Positions 18,177 to 27,320 of a DNA stretch of 64,000 nt are shown here, piece after piece. Each line of letters opens with the position of its first letter. The first letter of the stretch is position 1. The position numbers and the translations under genes are program-made. The notes beneath the pieces were generated by a model. The model worked only from the letters and a program-made list of their open reading frames with translations, was not told where the DNA came from and ran no database searches. Source of the stretch: a virus (Duplodnaviria; Heunggongvirae; Uroviricota; Caudoviricetes); IMG/VR virus record IMGVR_UViG_3300042906_000857, positions 3,297-67,296 of that record. One strand, 5' to 3'.

Positions 18177-19634
18177 TTATGTGTTTTCCACACGAGATTT
18201 ACCATACACATCAACATCATCAATTTTATCAATAATTTCACTCAAAACTTTGATCGGTATCACTTTTCTTTGTTTTTCTTCTTCGTGTGTAAAAATTGTT
18301 CCGAAAACGTCTTGTCTTTCAAGTGGTAGAGTATCACTTTTAATTAAAGTGGGAACGTATCCACCAGTAATCATTACGATTGCCAAATTAAATAACACAA
18401 CATTGTCTGAATATGCGTTGGCACATGAAATGTCCCAGTATTTTTTATCCAAGAACATACATGAACCTTTGCATACGTGAAGTACAGGACATTCCGGACA
18501 CTCTTTACGGTTAGACCAATGTGTGACAGATTTTAATTCAACATTTTCATAATCATCAAGTGTGCCTCCGCCGTGGGATTCACCGTTATTGGAAATCTCA
18601 AGTGAACTAACATTTTGACAAGTCATAACGTTACCACGCAAATCAACTGATATGGTGTGTTCATCATCCATACCACATTTTTGTCCCAAATATTTGGAAT
18701 CACTGTGGCTTAAAATACTTCTAGTTAGACCATTAATTTTACCAAGTTGATTTACAAAACCAAGTTTACCTTGAGCTGCATATAATTCTCCGAAAGCCTG
18801 TTTTCTAAATTCAAAATGATCTTTTTTTGTAATCAGTGAACTGGAAACACCATCTTCATCATAAGCATCAACAATTGATCCTTCACCAAGAACCACATCT
18901 TCATCACCTGTTAGGTTAACAAACCAATCATAAATTGATTTTCTACTTTGATTTTTTGAATTCAACATAGAATTGAAACTAAAAGATTTACCTAAACGGC
19001 GCATCATTCTATAAAAACCTAGAATTTGTTCTTTCTTTTCTGGATCATCAAATGGATCTGGTCCACGAACTGATTGTCCTGGTCCATCATGTGATATTGC
19101 TACAGCAAAGTCCATCATCATCAACCAGTCAATAATTTCATCGGTTAAAATGGAACCATTTGTGATGATACTAAATCGAGGTTTTGTTTTCCACTCACTG
19201 AATTTTTCTGCAAGTATTTCAGCCAAAGGTTTCATTGTTTTCCAATAAACCAATGGTTCACCACCCCAAAATTCAATCTTTAAACCAACATCTTCGTCAA
19301 ACTTTAATACTTCCAATTTTTCCATAAATGCGTCAATGTCTTTTTTGGAAGTTTCTGGTTGACGTTCAACGAATTTCTGTGAACAGTAATCACACGAGTA
19401 ATTACAACTCAATCCCATCTGGATTTTAAGAATGCTAATTAATTTAGACTTCTTGAGTGGATGATCTTTATCAAAAGATTTGTGGGGGTTTTCAAATTGT
19501 TTTGGTACATCAGCAATATCTGAATACTCAAAAACATTACCATCAGCATCTTTTAAGATGTTGGCATGATTATCATAGTAAAAAACCTTCTTATCACCAT
19601 CTTCAAATCTTTGTGCTTGTATTTCAAAAATCAT
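18177..19634 (-). CDS. Radical SAM protein with a SPASM/twitch-type C-terminal Cys cluster (anSME/peptide-maturase-like) and a ~100-aa N-terminal extension
   Basis: CNYSCDYC (CxxxCxxC) at residue ~97, GGEPL-like WGGEPLV, and C-terminal CPECPVLHVCKGSC. Confidence 0.7.
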   Translation of the reverse strand: MIFEIQAQRFEDGDKKVFYYDNHANILKDADGNVFEYSDIADVPKQFENPHKSFDKDHPLKKSKLISILKIQMGLSCNYSCDYCSQKFVERQPETSKKDIDAFMEKLEVLKFDEDVGLKIEFWGGEPLVYWKTMKPLAEILAEKFSEWKTKPRFSIITNGSILTDEIIDWLMMMDFAVAISHDGPGQSVRGPDPFDDPEKKEQILGFYRMMRRLGKSFSFNSMLNSKNQSRKSIYDWFVNLTGDEDVVLGEGSIVDAYDEDGVSSSLITKKDHFEFRKQAFGELYAAQGKLGFVNQLGKINGLTRSILSHSDSKYLGQKCGMDDEHTISVDLRGNVMTCQNVSSLEISNNGESHGGGTLDDYENVELKSVTHWSNRKECPECPVLHVCKGSCMFLDKKYWDISCANAYSDNVVLFNLAIVMITGGYVPTLIKSDTLPLERQDVFGTIFTHEEEKQRKVIPIKVLSEIIDKIDDVDVYGKSRVENT

Positions 19635-19668
19635 ATTCTTCCTTTAATTGCCCTATATTTATGTGATT

Positions 19669-20436
19669 TTAATAGCCTAATTCTTCACAGGCCACAATCC
19701 ATTGCTTGACCAAACTACTACGAACGATATCATCCGGAGTAAAGTAAATCTCTTGGAACGATGGCATCTTTCGTGCAACCTCAATAAAATCATGGAAGGA
19801 CGTTTGGTCCTTGTTACTCTTAATCAAGTCTGTTTGCTTAAAGTCACCAGAGAAGATAATTTTCGACCGATGACCAACACGGGTTATAATTGTATTCACT
19901 TCCGACCAATTCAGGTTCTGGTTTTCATCTACCAAAATAATGGCATCGTCAATTGAGATACCACGAATTGCAGTCGTTGAAATGAACCGAACATGACCTT
20001 GTTCTTTTAACCTATCCCACGCATCTGGTCTTCCGAATAGTGTAGCACAAATCTCTTTGTAAGGCAACTCATAAATCTCTTGTTTTTCTTCAAGATTACC
20101 AGGTAAAAAACCAACATCACGTAATTGTACCAAACTTCTTACCACAACCAATTGTTTGAATGAATTAGACTTATCTAATACTTCCTCAATGGCCTTATAC
20201 AACGCCAAAAATGTCTTACCTACACCTGGACTACCGAATAGTCCCATAAAATAGGCACCACCCTTATACATTTCGAAAAACAGTCTTTGATTCTCTGTCA
20301 GAGGTTCAAATGTTTTTAGGTGATCCAGTTTAATTCTAAGTGAATTGTTTGCTGTTCCTGTTTGATTTCTCGTTCTTACTTCTTCATCGTGCTGTTCTTG
20401 AGAATACTTCGCCGTTGTTTTTTTCGTGACCATCAA
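19669..20436 (-). CDS. phoH: PhoH-like ATPase
   Basis: Walker A GSPGVGKTFLAL and PhoH-like downstream blocks (VDENQNL, FSGD..Q.DL). Confidence 0.85.
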   Translation of the reverse strand: MMVTKKTTAKYSQEQHDEEVRTRNQTGTANNSLRIKLDHLKTFEPLTENQRLFFEMYKGGAYFMGLFGSPGVGKTFLALYKAIEEVLDKSNSFKQLVVVRSLVQLRDVGFLPGNLEEKQEIYELPYKEICATLFGRPDAWDRLKEQGHVRFISTTAIRGISIDDAIILVDENQNLNWSEVNTIITRVGHRSKIIFSGDFKQTDLIKSNKDQTSFHDFIEVARKMPSFQEIYFTPDDIVRSSLVKQWIVACEELGY

Positions 20437-20583
20437 ACTTCCCTTTTAATAACGAGGCAACACAATTAGTTTGCTTGTCCTCTTTCTTTTTGAAATTTCT
20501 TTTCTTGGGTACAGGTTTATTTACTGAGGGTTTTTGTTCATCGACACCTCTCTTTGGTAGAAATAATGCGGGTATTTGTGCCA

Positions 20584-20877
20584 TTACCATTCTCTCGACA
20601 TTTTGGTTTTATGGCCTGATTTAATCGTGTTTCCTGGAATGGTTTCCTTCATACGATTAATGATATACTTCTCGAACGTGGAGTCTGCCTGTCCCGTTCC
20701 TGGTGTGTTCATACGCATACCGTCACCAAGTCCAACAAGACCTTCGGTATTAAAGTATCGTTCAAGGTGTGTGTTTTTCTCTTTAAACTCATCATACTCT
20801 GCAAGGCGCATGGTATGTTCTTCAATCTCATTGGTGTTTTTATTGAGGAAGGTATAAATCATGTAAAATGGAACCAA
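20584..20877 (-). CDS. Hypothetical protein (97 aa)
   Basis: ORF only. Confidence 0.3.
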   Translation of the reverse strand: MVPFYMIYTFLNKNTNEIEEHTMRLAEYDEFKEKNTHLERYFNTEGLVGLGDGMRMNTPGTGQADSTFEKYIINRMKETIPGNTIKSGHKTKMSREW

Positions 20878-21455
20878 TCGGGTTTGTTGCGGGAATTAAC
20901 TCGGCCACTCCATGAGGCAAAGCTCTTTTTATTATTTATGTAATAGTTATGATAGGATTTCAATGCGTCATATTTTCTACCAGGTGCAGGATTATCAGCA
21001 AGAACTTTTACATCAGCTGGCATTGCAGGTGTTGGTGCAAAGAAATCATCTTCTTCTATATTGAAAGGCACTAAATTTAATTCCTTAGTTAATCTTGCAC
21101 AGGAATGTACTTTACCGTAACGGTAAGTATATTCTTCGCATAGGTGTGACCACATACTATACAACCAAACATAATTTGCACGATTTTCACGACACCAGAT
21201 CGCCGATGGATGGTTGATATGTGTTGCTTTGTACAGAGTTTCTTCACGGCCATCGGTCAGGCGCCACCGTTTGATCCGGCGACCACTGGCTGTCAAATCT
21301 GTGTACTCTGTGCCATCAATAACACGGTGTGCGGTTGACATAAGCTGTGCATATTCGATAATCATTTTTACCACATGCTTTGATATGTGCATTTCTGCAC
21401 AAACTTTTGGGTCTGGATCAAGATAAAAGATATTCATAGTGTAAGTATAACACAA
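20859..21455 (-). CDS. Conserved phage protein of unknown function (MNIFYLDPDPKVCAEMH..KHVVKMIIEYAQLMSTAH N-terminus)
   Basis: The N-terminal motif is recalled from hypothetical proteins widespread in large phages and viruses. The family name is not certain. Confidence 0.4.
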   Translation of the reverse strand: MCYTYTMNIFYLDPDPKVCAEMHISKHVVKMIIEYAQLMSTAHRVIDGTEYTDLTASGRRIKRWRLTDGREETLYKATHINHPSAIWCRENRANYVWLYSMWSHLCEEYTYRYGKVHSCARLTKELNLVPFNIEEDDFFAPTPAMPADVKVLADNPAPGRKYDALKSYHNYYINNKKSFASWSGRVNSRNKPDWFHFT

Positions 21456-21474
21456 TCAAGGTGTAATGGCAAGC

Positions 21475-22089
21475 CTAGTTTACAATCTTTCCAGCCATTA
21501 CGTTAAATGATATGGAAATTCGGTTGTCGGTGGAATAATTACGTTCTACCGTGTGTTGTAACCAAGAGTCAAACAATAACATTAGACCTTTTTGTGGAGT
21601 AATCCGTATGTCATCATAGTTGTAGTTGTTTTCGTTTACCTTCAACCTACTAAAAAAGGTTGAGTGAGCTCTACGCAATTCCAATGGAGTATGAAATACA
21701 ATATCACCACACTTTTCAGGTGTTTGTAAATATACAACACCACTAACTAATGCACCGTAGTGGTCGTGCCTGAAAAAATGTGATTGTGGTTTGTTATACT
21801 GTAACCAAGATGAAATTTCAATGTGACTATCTTTATCATAACCAAGTAACTCCATAAATGTTCTGGAGTTAATGGTTATTTCATTAAGTAAATCATAGGC
21901 CTTTAGTGTGCCTAACAAATCTTTAACATCATAAAACGTTGTCACCAAATCTCCGGGTAGAGAATTGGCTAAGAGTTTTTTATCCTCAACAAACGTATTA
22001 ACTAATGATAATACATCGTCTGTAATGCCATCATCAATTTTGGTGTTAATTATAGGTATTGGAAATACGTGAGTTAAATTCAAACTCAT
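21475..22089 (-). CDS. 2OG-Fe(II) oxygenase family protein (2OG-FeII_Oxy_5-like)
   Basis: RHDHYGALVSGVVYLQ and the later WLQHTVERN; same signature as 15921..16613. Confidence 0.45.
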   Translation of the reverse strand: MSLNLTHVFPIPIINTKIDDGITDDVLSLVNTFVEDKKLLANSLPGDLVTTFYDVKDLLGTLKAYDLLNEITINSRTFMELLGYDKDSHIEISSWLQYNKPQSHFFRHDHYGALVSGVVYLQTPEKCGDIVFHTPLELRRAHSTFFSRLKVNENNYNYDDIRITPQKGLMLLFDSWLQHTVERNYSTDNRISISFNVMAGKIVN

Positions 22090-22373
22090 GATAACATCCG
22101 TATCAAACCAATACTGTCAATTGTCACTAACAACAGATAGTTTGCAATCATACCAAATGATTTCCTAGTATAAGCAGCCCAAGCGTAAAGACTACAGCCA
22201 ACAATCCAGATAGGATACAAAACAATAAGAGGCGGATTGGGTACAGTGAGCGCCATAGTAATCGAACATCCGATGCTAATTGCCCAAGCCGCAACCTCAA
22301 TGATAAAACGAACAGGGTGAGTTTTATAGTCATCACGTATCCAACTGAATATATTTAAAAACAAATCATTCAT
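22086..22373 (-). CDS. Small membrane protein (start moved to the internal ATG at 22373)
   Basis: Two to three predicted TM helices. The shorter start removes a 68-nt overlap. Confidence 0.3.
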   Translation of the reverse strand: MNDLFLNIFSWIRDDYKTHPVRFIIEVAAWAISIGCSITMALTVPNPPLIVLYPIWIVGCSLYAWAAYTRKSFGMIANYLLLVTIDSIGLIRMLS

Positions 22374-22635
22374 TAACTTCAGTAGCAAGCTTCTTGTTTT
22401 TAGGTGGGAAACGTTTTGCAATATCTTCCGCACTTACAGTTTGCATTGCAAATTGTTTGAATTCACTATAATTGTTAGATACACGCATAGCACTCTTTGA
22501 ATTCATACCTGCACCATCGGTTGTAAACAATGCACAACCGCCGTCAGCAAGAGGAGCAATCTCTACAATGTGGTCCAAATTAATAATAACGGGACAACTC
22601 TTTTCAATCGAATCAACTTCAACAAATAAACTCAT
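22366..22635 (-). CDS. Hypothetical protein (89 aa)
   Basis: ORF only. Confidence 0.3.
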   Translation of the reverse strand: MSLFVEVDSIEKSCPVIINLDHIVEIAPLADGGCALFTTDGAGMNSKSAMRVSNNYSEFKQFAMQTVSAEDIAKRFPPKNKKLATEVNE

Positions 22636-22644
22636 ACTATCTCC

Positions 22645-22887
22645 TTATTTCTTATCACAATCGGCCACACGAATTAATGAAACTGTTTTCTCTGTATGTG
22701 GCCGCACGAAAAAACATTCTCCTTTGACGGAAAATACCAAATGGTTTTGTACACCATCTTTAAAATCTACATGGTCTAATGTCTTATTATCCAGGACAGT
22801 AAGTTGAAAGAAAGCAACCAAACAAATTAAGAGTGTCAACCAAATGGCTGCAAAGTGTTTAGTGAAAAATAGAAAAGTGAATTTCAT
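22645..22887 (-). CDS. Small membrane/secreted protein (80 aa)
   Basis: Hydrophobic N-terminal segment. Confidence 0.3.
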   Translation of the reverse strand: MKFTFLFFTKHFAAIWLTLLICLVAFFQLTVLDNKTLDHVDFKDGVQNHLVFSVKGECFFVRPHTEKTVSLIRVADCDKK

Positions 22888-23145
22888 TTAGAATGTACTC
22901 CATAAAAAACCAAGAAAAATGAGGGCACCAAAAAGGCAATATGCTAGAAATTTAATCGATTGTTCTTTGTGGTGATCGTTCTCTAAAATAATCATTTCAT
23001 GTTGGGCCATTAACATTGACCCACAATTATTTGGACCACCCATCATTTCAATAGTTTCGTATGATAGATTCAATCTTTTCTTAGAAAGGAAATAATAAAC
23101 AATCGAATACATTTTAGTCCCACAATCCTCTGTAATATTTACCAA
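22888..23145 (-). CDS. Small membrane protein (85 aa)
   Basis: C-terminal TM segment. Confidence 0.3.
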   Translation of the reverse strand: MVNITEDCGTKMYSIVYYFLSKKRLNLSYETIEMMGGPNNCGSMLMAQHEMIILENDHHKEQSIKFLAYCLFGALIFLGFLWSTF

Positions 23146-23806
23146 ACAATATTAACCCTTTGTTAATTCGTTCGTTGTGTGCCATATATCCTACAGAATC
23201 AAACACATGAGTATCTTTTGGTCCACGAACCATTTCACTCAATCCGTTTTCAAGTTTCTTGAATTGTAAATCACTTTCACCGGTGTGATACTGTGCTTCC
23301 CAATCTGTATCCATATGCAATTGTGTAAAGGTCCAAATCATTTCATCTAAGACCCAAGACCAACGCTTGTGAGTTATATCCCAAGATTCAGTTTGATATT
23401 TCTCGTTGACTTCTTTATCTTCTAAATCTAATTGACTTTGTGAATCCCATTCATCAAAACCAGTCATACGCAATTCTTCTGGCACATCCTCGGCATCGAT
23501 CATTGGTGAGCCATGTTTTTCTTCTTTTAACTTTTTCAACATTGGCAGAATGATTAAAGCCAATGTTGAGTCCATGTTCCAGGTATCATAGTAATCAATC
23601 TTTACATAATTGATTTTGGGATGAATAAAGTCTAGAAACTTCTGTATCAATGTCATTGGTTTAACTAACCAATCGGTGTAGTGTTCGTTCTTGTCCTCGT
23701 ATAGGTCAAATGTTGGATCAGTCCACTTTTTCCAATACATAACCTTCTCCATGATTGTGTAAGGAGAAAGCCAGTGATAACGATATTTTGATATATAAAT
23801 TTTCAT
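23114..23806 (-). CDS. Hypothetical protein (230 aa)
   Basis: ORF only. Confidence 0.35.
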   Translation of the reverse strand: MKIYISKYRYHWLSPYTIMEKVMYWKKWTDPTFDLYEDKNEHYTDWLVKPMTLIQKFLDFIHPKINYVKIDYYDTWNMDSTLALIILPMLKKLKEEKHGSPMIDAEDVPEELRMTGFDEWDSQSQLDLEDKEVNEKYQTESWDITHKRWSWVLDEMIWTFTQLHMDTDWEAQYHTGESDLQFKKLENGLSEMVRGPKDTHVFDSVGYMAHNERINKGLILFGKYYRGLWD

Positions 23807-24621
23807 AGTTTCATCATTTCATCAAGTGTAAAAGACTTTTGCATATATGCTGATACACTATTTAACACACTAGATTCCAAGTCACCCGAACGCCGAGGTA
23901 ATTCGTTTACCTTGAAGTCACAGTTGTTAACTCGTTTGAAAGTTTCAATAACTTCCTTAACGGTATAACCTTCACCTGAACCTAGATTCTCAACATAGAA
24001 ATTTGATGGTCGTTTCAATGCAAACTGAATTGCCTTACAAATTTCCAATACGTGAACATAATCTCGTACAGCAGAACCATCTTTTGTTCTATAATCATTA
24101 CCATACAGATTAAATTCACCTGTCTCTTTGGCCTTGATTAAATTATACATCAAACCGTCCATGTTGGTTGGAGGATAATCTGCCTGACCAACTACATTGT
24201 AGAAACGGAATATTGTATAATCTATACCATTCAATGAGCAATACTCTTTGATGATTTCTTCGGTTAAACGTTTAGATAATGCATAAGGACTGGTTGGTTC
24301 ATGAGCCGCACCAGTTGATGCAAAGATGAAGTTTTTACACTTCACCTTTTCAAGAACATTTAGTGTACCTGTAATATTGGTGCGATAGTATTCCATCGGA
24401 CATTTCATAGATGTACCAACATTAACCAAAGCGGCAAGATGCACAACAGCATCATACTCACCTTCAATTAATTTTGAATCTAAAATGTCCTGTTGAATAA
24501 ACCTATCAGCATTTTGTGGTTCAAATCTACGGTCTAAACCAACGACATATTCTCTCTCAAGAATCTGACATAGGTGTTTACCAATATAACCACTTGAACC
24601 AGTAACCAATACTTTCAACAT
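23803..24621 (-). CDS. NAD-dependent epimerase/dehydratase (SDR, UDP-sugar 4-epimerase-like)
   Basis: N-terminal Rossmann motif VLVTGSSGYIGKHL and catalytic YALSK (YxxxK). Confidence 0.7.
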   Translation of the reverse strand: MLKVLVTGSSGYIGKHLCQILEREYVVGLDRRFEPQNADRFIQQDILDSKLIEGEYDAVVHLAALVNVGTSMKCPMEYYRTNITGTLNVLEKVKCKNFIFASTGAAHEPTSPYALSKRLTEEIIKEYCSLNGIDYTIFRFYNVVGQADYPPTNMDGLMYNLIKAKETGEFNLYGNDYRTKDGSAVRDYVHVLEICKAIQFALKRPSNFYVENLGSGEGYTVKEVIETFKRVNNCDFKVNELPRRSGDLESSVLNSVSAYMQKSFTLDEMMKL

Positions 24622-24917
24622 TAGTCTTTGTAATTGATTGTGTTGATATTACGCATTTTCAATGCAGTAGACCAGTCTTTCAGATAATCATTATCTTTGT
24701 CAAATTCTTCCAAGTACTGAGTTGCAGTAATCTCTCTAACAGAGGTAATACATTCATCAACGTGGCTCTGAGAAAATTCAACAAACTCATCTGTGCCTTC
24801 TGTACGGCTAAGATTCATTACAACCTCATCGGTTGCGTGTTCAGCTTCTAGAGCTTCAACAACATATCGCATTCTGAAAATGGATACAGTTTCTACCATG
24901 TATAGTTTTTTGTTCAT
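24621..24917 (-). CDS. Hypothetical acidic protein (98 aa)
   Basis: ORF; its ATG overlaps the stop of the upstream micro-gene (ATGA). Confidence 0.35.
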   Translation of the reverse strand: MNKKLYMVETVSIFRMRYVVEALEAEHATDEVVMNLSRTEGTDEFVEFSQSHVDECITSVREITATQYLEEFDKDNDYLKDWSTALKMRNINTINYKD

Positions 24918-25036
24918 TTTGATTTAATCCAATCACCAACTTTTCTAAGGTCCTCACCAGCACCGCCGACCATGCCGCCGGCAGTACCACACGCTGTCAA
25001 CATAAATGCCAACAGAACAACAATCACAGATTTCAT
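24914..25036 (-). CDS. Entericidin-like micro-lipoprotein (40 aa), not in the ORF track
   Basis: Minus-strand translation MKSVIVVLLAFMLTACGTAGGMVGGAGEDLRKVGDWIKSK. A lipobox LTAC plus G..GEDL.K.G resembles the EcnA/EcnB family. The ATG is 2 nt after the upstream stop and its own stop overlaps the next ATG. Confidence 0.5.
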   Translation of the reverse strand: MKSVIVVLLAFMLTACGTAGGMVGGAGEDLRKVGDWIKSK

Positions 25037-25037
25037 A

Positions 25038-25889
25038 TTATACCTCAACATATTTCAATTTAAAAACATTAGCCTGATCTTCATAGTTAATATAACCACG
25101 AGGATTACAAACAATACGTGTATCACCAATCATATAATCAAATTCGTGATGTGTATGGCCATGAGTCCACAGTTTAATTTCTGGACGATCCAGAATAAAC
25201 TCACTCAAGTCACTACTATATGCACCATTCACTAAAACATCATCTTCATATTCTGGTTTAGTACTCAGTTTTGACGGTGCGTGGTGACCAACAACAACAT
25301 ACTTTTTGGAAGTACCACCGGCAATAATGTTATCAATAAATTCCAACATTGCCTTGTGGTCAGCAACCGAATCTTCGGGAGAAAACTTAGCAGGACGTGA
25401 TTGCATAGTACCATCTATACCACGGAAAGTCACATCAACACTATTTGTATTTCTGATAACCTTATAATCATTCATGTAATGCTTGATACCAGCTAGAGTA
25501 ACTGGATCTTCCTTGTTCATATCAGTCCACAGTGTACCACAGATAAACGCAACGTCACCAACGGCCATCCATTGTTTATCCAAGATGTGTAGATTGTTTA
25601 TATAACCAAGTTTCTCATGCAAATCACTTATTGTTTTAGCATAGTCATAGTGGTAGTGTTCATGATTACCAGCAATGTAGATTACGTGTTCAAATTCAGA
25701 AGCACAATTTTTAAAAAACTCATGGTATCGAATAGAATTTCCAAAATCCAAATCTACAGTGTCAGCACCATACAAATCTTTAGCAACACAAATATCACCA
25801 GACAAGATAAGAACTTGAGCTTGTTCGGTATTCTTTAATTTAATATGACCAAATTCTAGATGTAGGTCGGAACACACAGCAATTTTCAT
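25038..25889 (-). CDS. Calcineurin-like metallophosphoesterase
   Basis: D.H (CSDLHLE), GDxxD-like GDIC, GNHE, and the GHHAP/GHTHH motifs. Confidence 0.7.
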   Translation of the reverse strand: MKIAVCSDLHLEFGHIKLKNTEQAQVLILSGDICVAKDLYGADTVDLDFGNSIRYHEFFKNCASEFEHVIYIAGNHEHYHYDYAKTISDLHEKLGYINNLHILDKQWMAVGDVAFICGTLWTDMNKEDPVTLAGIKHYMNDYKVIRNTNSVDVTFRGIDGTMQSRPAKFSPEDSVADHKAMLEFIDNIIAGGTSKKYVVVGHHAPSKLSTKPEYEDDVLVNGAYSSDLSEFILDRPEIKLWTHGHTHHEFDYMIGDTRIVCNPRGYINYEDQANVFKLKYVEV

Positions 25890-25934
25890 AATATCTCCAA
25901 TCGAATTACCATTATAACAGGATAGGTATATATG

Positions 25935-26312
25935 TCAAGCTTTAGTTACCTTAGTGTTGCTTTTAGGCGACACTTCGTCCATCACCTGGACTTTAGGTTC
26001 ATTATATTCCACAAACTGATAACGATATGACCTGTGGTTTAGCACACCATTGATTCCCCATGCAATTGCATTTAAAGGAAAGAATACAACGGTAAACACT
26101 GTCACAATAATCAAACCAAACAAGAACACCAACTTGGCGAACAACATGAAAGTGACCTCAAGTAAAAGGTTCCAAAATCCTGTTAGGCCAGAACTGTCCT
26201 CTGCAATTTTTGCCACGTCCACATTTAGCCGTATATGCTGACTGAATTGTTGGTCCATTGCACGACATTGTGAAATCAAAATATCAATAAGTCCACGATA
26301 TAGTTTAAGCAT
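25935..26312 (-). CDS. Membrane protein (125 aa)
   Basis: Two central TM helices. Confidence 0.3.
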   Translation of the reverse strand: MLKLYRGLIDILISQCRAMDQQFSQHIRLNVDVAKIAEDSSGLTGFWNLLLEVTFMLFAKLVFLFGLIIVTVFTVVFFPLNAIAWGINGVLNHRSYRYQFVEYNEPKVQVMDEVSPKSNTKVTKA

Positions 26313-26586
26313 TATTATCTACCTCATATGTAACATCATAACCACCTTTACGGTCGGTCCACCAATCATCTTCATCTAACCAATCCCAATCGAAATCTAT
26401 GTCAGCATCACGGGCATCCTGCATTACTTCTTCAGCAGTAACATCACCTGCCTCCAATAACATATATCGTAAATCCAATTCAGCAGGATCCAAATCTGGA
26501 TAAATTTCACCTAACTGGTCACGGTCAAGTTCGATTGAATATCGTTTCTCGACCTGATGCCATTCACTTTTTACAATCGTTACCAT
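26305..26586 (-). CDS. Hypothetical acidic protein (93 aa)
   Basis: ORF only. Confidence 0.3.
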   Translation of the reverse strand: MVTIVKSEWHQVEKRYSIELDRDQLGEIYPDLDPAELDLRYMLLEAGDVTAEEVMQDARDADIDFDWDWLDEDDWWTDRKGGYDVTYEVDNNA

Positions 26587-26595
26587 AATTACTCC

Positions 26596-27072
26596 TTAAC
26601 GAAATACATAATGTGCAACAAATGCTCCGGGTTTCTTTAGAGCTGCAGCACGGCGTTTCTTATACTCAACGTTTTGTACATCCAAAAGATTTTGTTCTTC
26701 AACCTCACGGGTTTGCCAAATCGCCTCACATTGTTTTTTACTGTAATCAGTAAATGCCAAACAATCTTCCATAAAGTATTTTTGATCTGTATCCGGTTTG
26801 GCTTCTTCTTTGGTTACCACTGGGTCTTCGACCTTAGGTGGTTCAACTTTTTGTACCTCAACCTCATTGATTACTTCAACAGGTTTAACTTTCTCTTTTG
26901 GTACGTGATTAGCCATTACTGCAAGAGTAAACAATGCCAAACAACCAATAGCAATCTGTTTCCAGTACAACACAAAAACAACACCAAGAATACCGATGAC
27001 GATAGCGCCAACAACCATCATTTCTAATGTGTGTTGTGAAATTCCTACAGCATCAATCATATACGAATACAT
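26596..27072 (-). CDS. Membrane protein (158 aa)
   Basis: Two N-terminal TM helices and a charged C-terminus. Confidence 0.3.
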   Translation of the reverse strand: MYSYMIDAVGISQHTLEMMVVGAIVIGILGVVFVLYWKQIAIGCLALFTLAVMANHVPKEKVKPVEVINEVEVQKVEPPKVEDPVVTKEEAKPDTDQKYFMEDCLAFTDYSKKQCEAIWQTREVEEQNLLDVQNVEYKKRRAAALKKPGAFVAHYVFR

Positions 27073-27083
27073 TTCAATTCACC

Positions 27084-27320
27084 TTATTGAGTACGTAAGT
27101 ATGTCTCGCATTGCACCGAGACAGGGAACATGATAGTACCATGGTCCGTTTTCTGTGGCAGAGATTGAATCACTGGTTTCATTTTGGCGTTGATACAATC
27201 TTTGCTTGCTTGAATGACCTCTGAACGGTCAATCACCTTGGCTTTCTCGAAGCCTTCAAGTTTTGCTGTGGTACAAGCAGTCATTAAGACTAGCGGTGCC
27301 ACGTATAATAGTTTAATCAT
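27084..27320 (-). CDS. Small putative lipoprotein/secreted protein (78 aa)
   Basis: Signal-like N-terminus LVLMTAC. Confidence 0.3.
   Translation of the reverse strand: MIKLLYVAPLVLMTACTTAKLEGFEKAKVIDRSEVIQASKDCINAKMKPVIQSLPQKTDHGTIMFPVSVQCETYLRTQ

Noticed and set aside
20384-20590. 68-aa ORF overlapping the 5' end of phoH
   Set aside because: It overlaps the phoH N-terminal coding region by 53 nt in another frame. It is Lys-rich low complexity and probably spurious. phoH may simply have a long basic N-terminus.
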